Both the position numbers and the translations under genes were made by a program. Source: Aureliella sp. (GTDB lineage Bacteria > Planctomycetota > Planctomycetia > Pirellulales > Pirellulaceae). Taken from it: a DNA stretch of 64,000 bases. The notes under the pieces were generated by a model. It had not been told where the DNA came from. It made no database searches and was given only the letters and a program-made list of their open reading frames with translations. Where the stretch lies: NCBI GenBank assembly GCA_963691875.1, contig OY829846.1:1504001-1568000 (forward strand), in the 5' to 3' direction. This document shows positions 62,562 through 64,000 of the stretch, one piece after another; within the stretch, counting starts at the first letter, position 1; each line of letters begins with the position of its first letter.

Positions 62562-63575
62562 TCACGGCAATTGCGTCACATCAACATAGCGAAACTCGCC
62601 CCCCGTCGCGTTTGCTAACGCCTTGAGCCAAGATCCCGAGCGTGCCCCTGCACCGGTGCCAAACTGGATGGTGTGAATCGTTGCTCCAATTCGATTCGCC
62701 CGCTCGTAAAGATTCTCCATGTCTCTACTGCCGGGCGCAGTCTCGGCGTCGGTCAGAAAAAATATCACATCTGGTTGCATCCCAATCGCCATCCGCATCG
62801 CCTCGCAGTGTTCAGTGCCGCCGCTGGCAGGACGGTTCCGAACGAACTTCTGCGCTTCGAGTTTTGGCAGCTTTTCGCCTGTAAACAATTTTGGTGGGCC
62901 GCTTAGGCCGCCAAAGGGATATGGCGTGTCGTTATAAAAGATGATCTGAAACTGGTGTACCGGGCCCAGCGATTCAAGACTTTGAAGGAGTTCGCTTTTT
63001 GCGGCAAGCAAGGGGCGTTTTCCATATCCATTCATGCTTTCAGAACAATCGAACACGTAAAGAAACCGAGTGCCTTCTCCCTCAATTCCAAAGATCGACG
63101 TCTTGACACTTGGTACGTCCGACTTGCCTCCGAGCTTTCCCCCTCCATCGCCCAAGCCCACCGAGCCGGCTGCGTTTGACGCGTTCACTCCGGCATCGGT
63201 CGCGCCTGGCAACAGATCATTTTGCGATAGGATGTCGCTCGCCGAAGTATGAGCCTGAGAATCTGCAGAACTTGGAAGAGAATTCGCAGCAGCTTCTTCC
63301 GCGTCATTTGTTTCACCATCACCGGTGAGGAAATAATCGGTGGTACCGGCAGTCTGATGCACAACCGCAATGCCCATGGGCCGGTCTTTCTCGCCACCAG
63401 TCCCCTTAGTCGTCCCCACCCAGAAGACCGTCAAGCTTCCAACGACTGCAACATGGAAGAGGAGGGAAACCGCCCAAGCAGGCAGGGTTCGACGGATATC
63501 CCTGGCAGAAGGAGGGCTCGGAATCCCTCGGCGCTCCAGTCGTTGCGGCTCGCGTTTCGAATCTTCAGTACTCAT
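62562..63575 (-). CDS. Membrane-anchored vWA domain protein
   Basis: TM AWAVSLLFHVAVV, Gly-rich linker, and MIDAS DCSES...GGT...FLTD. Confidence 0.88.
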   Translation of the reverse strand: MSTEDSKREPQRLERRGIPSPPSARDIRRTLPAWAVSLLFHVAVVGSLTVFWVGTTKGTGGEKDRPMGIAVVHQTAGTTDYFLTGDGETNDAEEAAANSLPSSADSQAHTSASDILSQNDLLPGATDAGVNASNAAGSVGLGDGGGKLGGKSDVPSVKTSIFGIEGEGTRFLYVFDCSESMNGYGKRPLLAAKSELLQSLESLGPVHQFQIIFYNDTPYPFGGLSGPPKLFTGEKLPKLEAQKFVRNRPASGGTEHCEAMRMAIGMQPDVIFFLTDAETAPGSRDMENLYERANRIGATIHTIQFGTGAGARSGSWLKALANATGGEFRYVDVTQLP

Positions 63576-64000
63576 TATTCAGCTCCGCAGGCAAACTCCT
63601 TGGCATCCATTATGCACTACAAACCCGATTCATCGAACCGAGCTGTGTATTTCGCAAAGCCAAAGAACACATAACGCTGGTTCGCTAGTCGCAACACGCA
63701 GAAAAAGTGGAGTCCATGCTGGTTGGGAACGCGTTGCCAACGACGGTTGTTTCTTCGGCAGGGCCAGGCAAATCAAAGTTTGATGGACTCAGCACGCCGC
63801 TAATACTTGCTGCCCCATTCCGACGCCGGTTCGTTTTTATATTCCCCAAATTCTGATTTTGTGGAGCTGCTTCTTGGACACTTTCATCTTGCGACCTGTA
63901 GTCTCAATTAGTCGAATAGCCCTGAGACTTCGGTCATTTCGCGAGCAAACAGATTGAGTATCGCGGTTATTTCGCATCAATGCGAGACTAGCAACGGTCT

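Noticed and set aside
1..64000. CRISPR arrays, transposases/integrases, an intein in NrdJ, defence systems
   Set aside because: By eye, no regularly spaced direct repeats, DDE or tyrosine-recombinase motifs, intein splice motifs or defence-gene signatures were seen.

Overview
This window looks like a Planctomycetota (probably Pirellulaceae-like) chromosome segment. The assignment is inferred from gene content: an ECF sigma factor paired with a Ser/Thr kinase, a PEP-CTERM protein, two sulfatases, DUF1080 and large hypothetical proteins. Recognisable housekeeping genes are sdhCAB, class II nrdJ (with a tandem NrdR box and a sigma70-type promoter), trpD and a probable 6S RNA. Two heavily decayed pseudogene tracts are present: a TM+LRR gene, and a vWA gene running into GspE/PilB N-terminal domains. 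No CRISPR array, tRNA, rRNA or intact mobile element was seen. The most interesting observations are four. (1) An operon of two giant membrane proteins (1191 and 2211 aa) appears to encode three paralogous ~1100-aa ectodomain+TM units, with an internal signal-peptide-like segment. (2) A MurB homologue missing its catalytic Ser/Cys and Glu sits next to an FtsQ-like gene. (3) An ECF/kinase module has a DJ-1/PfpI domain with an intact Cys as its extracytoplasmic part. (4) Several further apparent pseudoenzymes occur (C26 amidotransferase, nucleoside hydrolase, Tex, Gfo/Idh/MocA). All domain calls come from reading motifs by eye; no database search was run.
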